DNA of 526 nucleotides from Escherichia coli (GTDB lineage Bacteria; Pseudomonadota; Gammaproteobacteria; Enterobacterales; Enterobacteriaceae): NCBI RefSeq assembly GCF_003334255.1, contig NZ_QOWU01000226.1; one strand, 5' to 3'. Shown piece by piece: positions 1 to 526 of this stretch (position 1 is its first letter; each line of letters starts with the position of its first letter). The notes under the pieces were generated by a model. It saw only the letters and a program-made list of their open reading frames with translations, ran no database searches and was not told where the DNA came from. The position numbers and the translations under genes were made by a program.

Positions 1-526
1 ATGCAACAGAAGGTACTGCGTTAGGGGCAAAGGCAACAGTAACAAATAAAAACAGTGTTGCATTAGGTGCTAATTCTGTAACCACTCGTGATAACGAAGT
101 TTATATTGGCTATAAAACCGGAACCGAAAGCGATAAAACATACGGCACCCGTGTTCTTGGTGGCTTAAGCGATGGTACGCGTAACAGTGATGCGGCAACT
201 GTTGGGCAGTTAAACCGGAAAGTTGGTGGAGTTTATGATGATGTTAAAGCCCGTATAACTGTTGAGTCAGAGAAGCAGAAAAAATACACAGACCAGAAGA
301 CCAGCGAGGTTAACGAAAAAGTTGAAGCCCGCACAACGGTTGGTGTTGATTCCGACGGAAAACTTACCCGTGCAGAAGGTGCGACTAAAACTATCGCCGT
401 CAATGACGGTCTCGTTGCTCTGTCTGGCAGAACAGACCGTATTGATTATGCAGTTGGTGCCATTGATGGCCGTGTCACCCGTAACACGCAATCCATTGAG
501 AAAAACAGCAAGGCGATTGCAGCCAA
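1..526 (+). CDS. Internal fragment (5' and 3' partial) of a trimeric autotransporter adhesin-like fibrous surface protein; reading frame 3 (codons 3-5 ... 522-524)
   Basis: Seen in sequence: frame 3 on the + strand is open for all 174 codons; the other two + frames hit stops early (TAG at 22-24 in frame 1, TAA at 47-49 in frame 2). Translation contains [11 protein letters not shown] (YadA-head-like repeat), [22 protein letters not shown] (neck-like, compare the YadA neck pattern R.L..LAAG...TDAVNVAQL), and VTRNTQSI / IEKNSKAI (asparagine-at-d heptads typical of these stalks). The 174 residues contain no Cys, Trp, Met, His, Pro or Phe and are rich in Thr/Gly/Val/Ala/Asn/Lys, as expected for a repetitive fibre. 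8 of 11 Arg codons are CGT. Family assignment rests on motif recognition only. Confidence 0.8.
12..95 (+). other. Two tandem 14-residue YadA-like head repeats ([14 protein letters not shown] / [14 protein letters not shown])
   Basis: Seen in sequence: residues 4-17 and 18-31 of the frame-3 translation align without gaps (xxALGAxxxVTxxN). The pattern resembles the SVAIG-type 14-residue repeat of left-handed beta-roll head domains in YadA-like adhesins. The DNA copies (12-53 and 54-95) are diverged, so this is a protein-level repeat. Confidence 0.6.
141..215 (+). other. Neck-like connector motif ([25 protein letters not shown])
   Basis: Pattern matches the conserved neck of trimeric autotransporters: a basic residue, hydrophobic residues around a Gly, then T/S-D-A-x-x-V-x-Q-L. 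It sits immediately after the head repeats and before a charged helical-looking segment, which is the canonical order. Confidence 0.65.
231..338 (+). other. Charged Lys/Glu-rich post-neck segment with two YxD motifs (YDD at 234-242, YTD at 285-293); putative first stalk coiled-coil segment
   Basis: Seen in sequence: [36 protein letters not shown] is strongly charged and Gly-poor compared with flanking sequence. YxD motifs are known from coiled-coil stalk segments directly after the neck in YadA/Eib-type adhesins. Helical periodicity was not computed. Confidence 0.4.
441..526 (+). other. Start of heptad coiled-coil stalk with two consecutive asparagine-at-d layers ([16 protein letters not shown]); continues beyond the window
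   Basis: Seen in sequence: hydrophobic residues spaced 3-4 apart (I147, V151, I154, V158, I165, I172) with Asn at the intervening core positions N161 and N168, followed by T/S. The [IVL]xxN[TS]xx[IVL] pattern is characteristic of trimeric autotransporter stalks. The register was assigned by eye. Confidence 0.5.

Noticed and set aside
1-24. ATG at nt 1-3 as a possible start codon
   Set aside because: It is in frame 1, which terminates at TAG 22-24 after seven codons, and it is out of frame with the open frame 3. The window is internal to the gene, so it is not a start.
12-95. Tandem repeat at the DNA level (possible recombinogenic or variable-number repeat)
   Set aside because: The two 42-nt units are conserved at the protein level but diverged at the nucleotide level, so this is an ancient structural repeat of the head domain, not a recent tandem duplication.
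279-284. A6 homopolymer tract as a possible slipped-strand phase-variation site
   Set aside because: Six adenines encoding Lys-Lys is too short to be a credible contingency tract and is ordinary in Lys-rich coding sequence.
267-491. The 74-aa minus-strand ORF from the supplied track ([74 protein letters not shown])
   Set aside because: It lies entirely antisense to a motif-rich, window-spanning + strand frame, and its translation has no recognisable motifs. It is most likely a shadow ORF of the adhesin gene. An overlapping antisense gene cannot be formally excluded without expression or conservation data.
1-526. Phage tail fibre protein as an alternative identity for the Gly/Thr/Asn-rich repetitive protein
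   Set aside because: The SVALGANSV head repeat followed by a TDA-x-x-VGQL neck and asparagine-at-d heptads is much more specific to trimeric autotransporter adhesins. A prophage location is still possible, since Eib-type adhesins are prophage-borne; a database search would settle it.
1-526. Promoters, terminators, RNA genes, CRISPR repeats or mobile-element ends
   Set aside because: The window is entirely coding in one frame, with no intergenic space. I found no strong inverted repeats or repeat-spacer periodicity by eye.

Overview
The whole 526-bp window is an internal fragment of one large + strand gene, read in frame 3 (first full codon at nt 3, last at 522-524), with no stop codon across 174 codons. 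The supplied ORF track missed it because the frame has no in-window ATG or stop; the only ORF it lists (minus strand, 267..491) is most likely an antisense shadow. The translated fragment ([37 protein letters not shown]...[23 protein letters not shown]...VYDD...KYTDQK...[18 protein letters not shown]) has the motif order of a trimeric autotransporter adhesin (YadA/Eib/UpaG/SadA type): two 14-residue head repeats, a neck motif, a charged segment with YxD motifs, an unassigned Gly/Thr-rich connector, and the start of a heptad coiled coil with two asparagine-at-d layers. Arg codon choice (8 of 11 are CGT) looks enterobacterial. No gene boundary, promoter, terminator, RNA gene, mobile element or CRISPR array is visible. 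The window does not contain a complete system; the signal peptide, the rest of the passenger domain and the C-terminal membrane anchor would lie outside it. All homology statements are from motif recognition by eye and need a database search to confirm.
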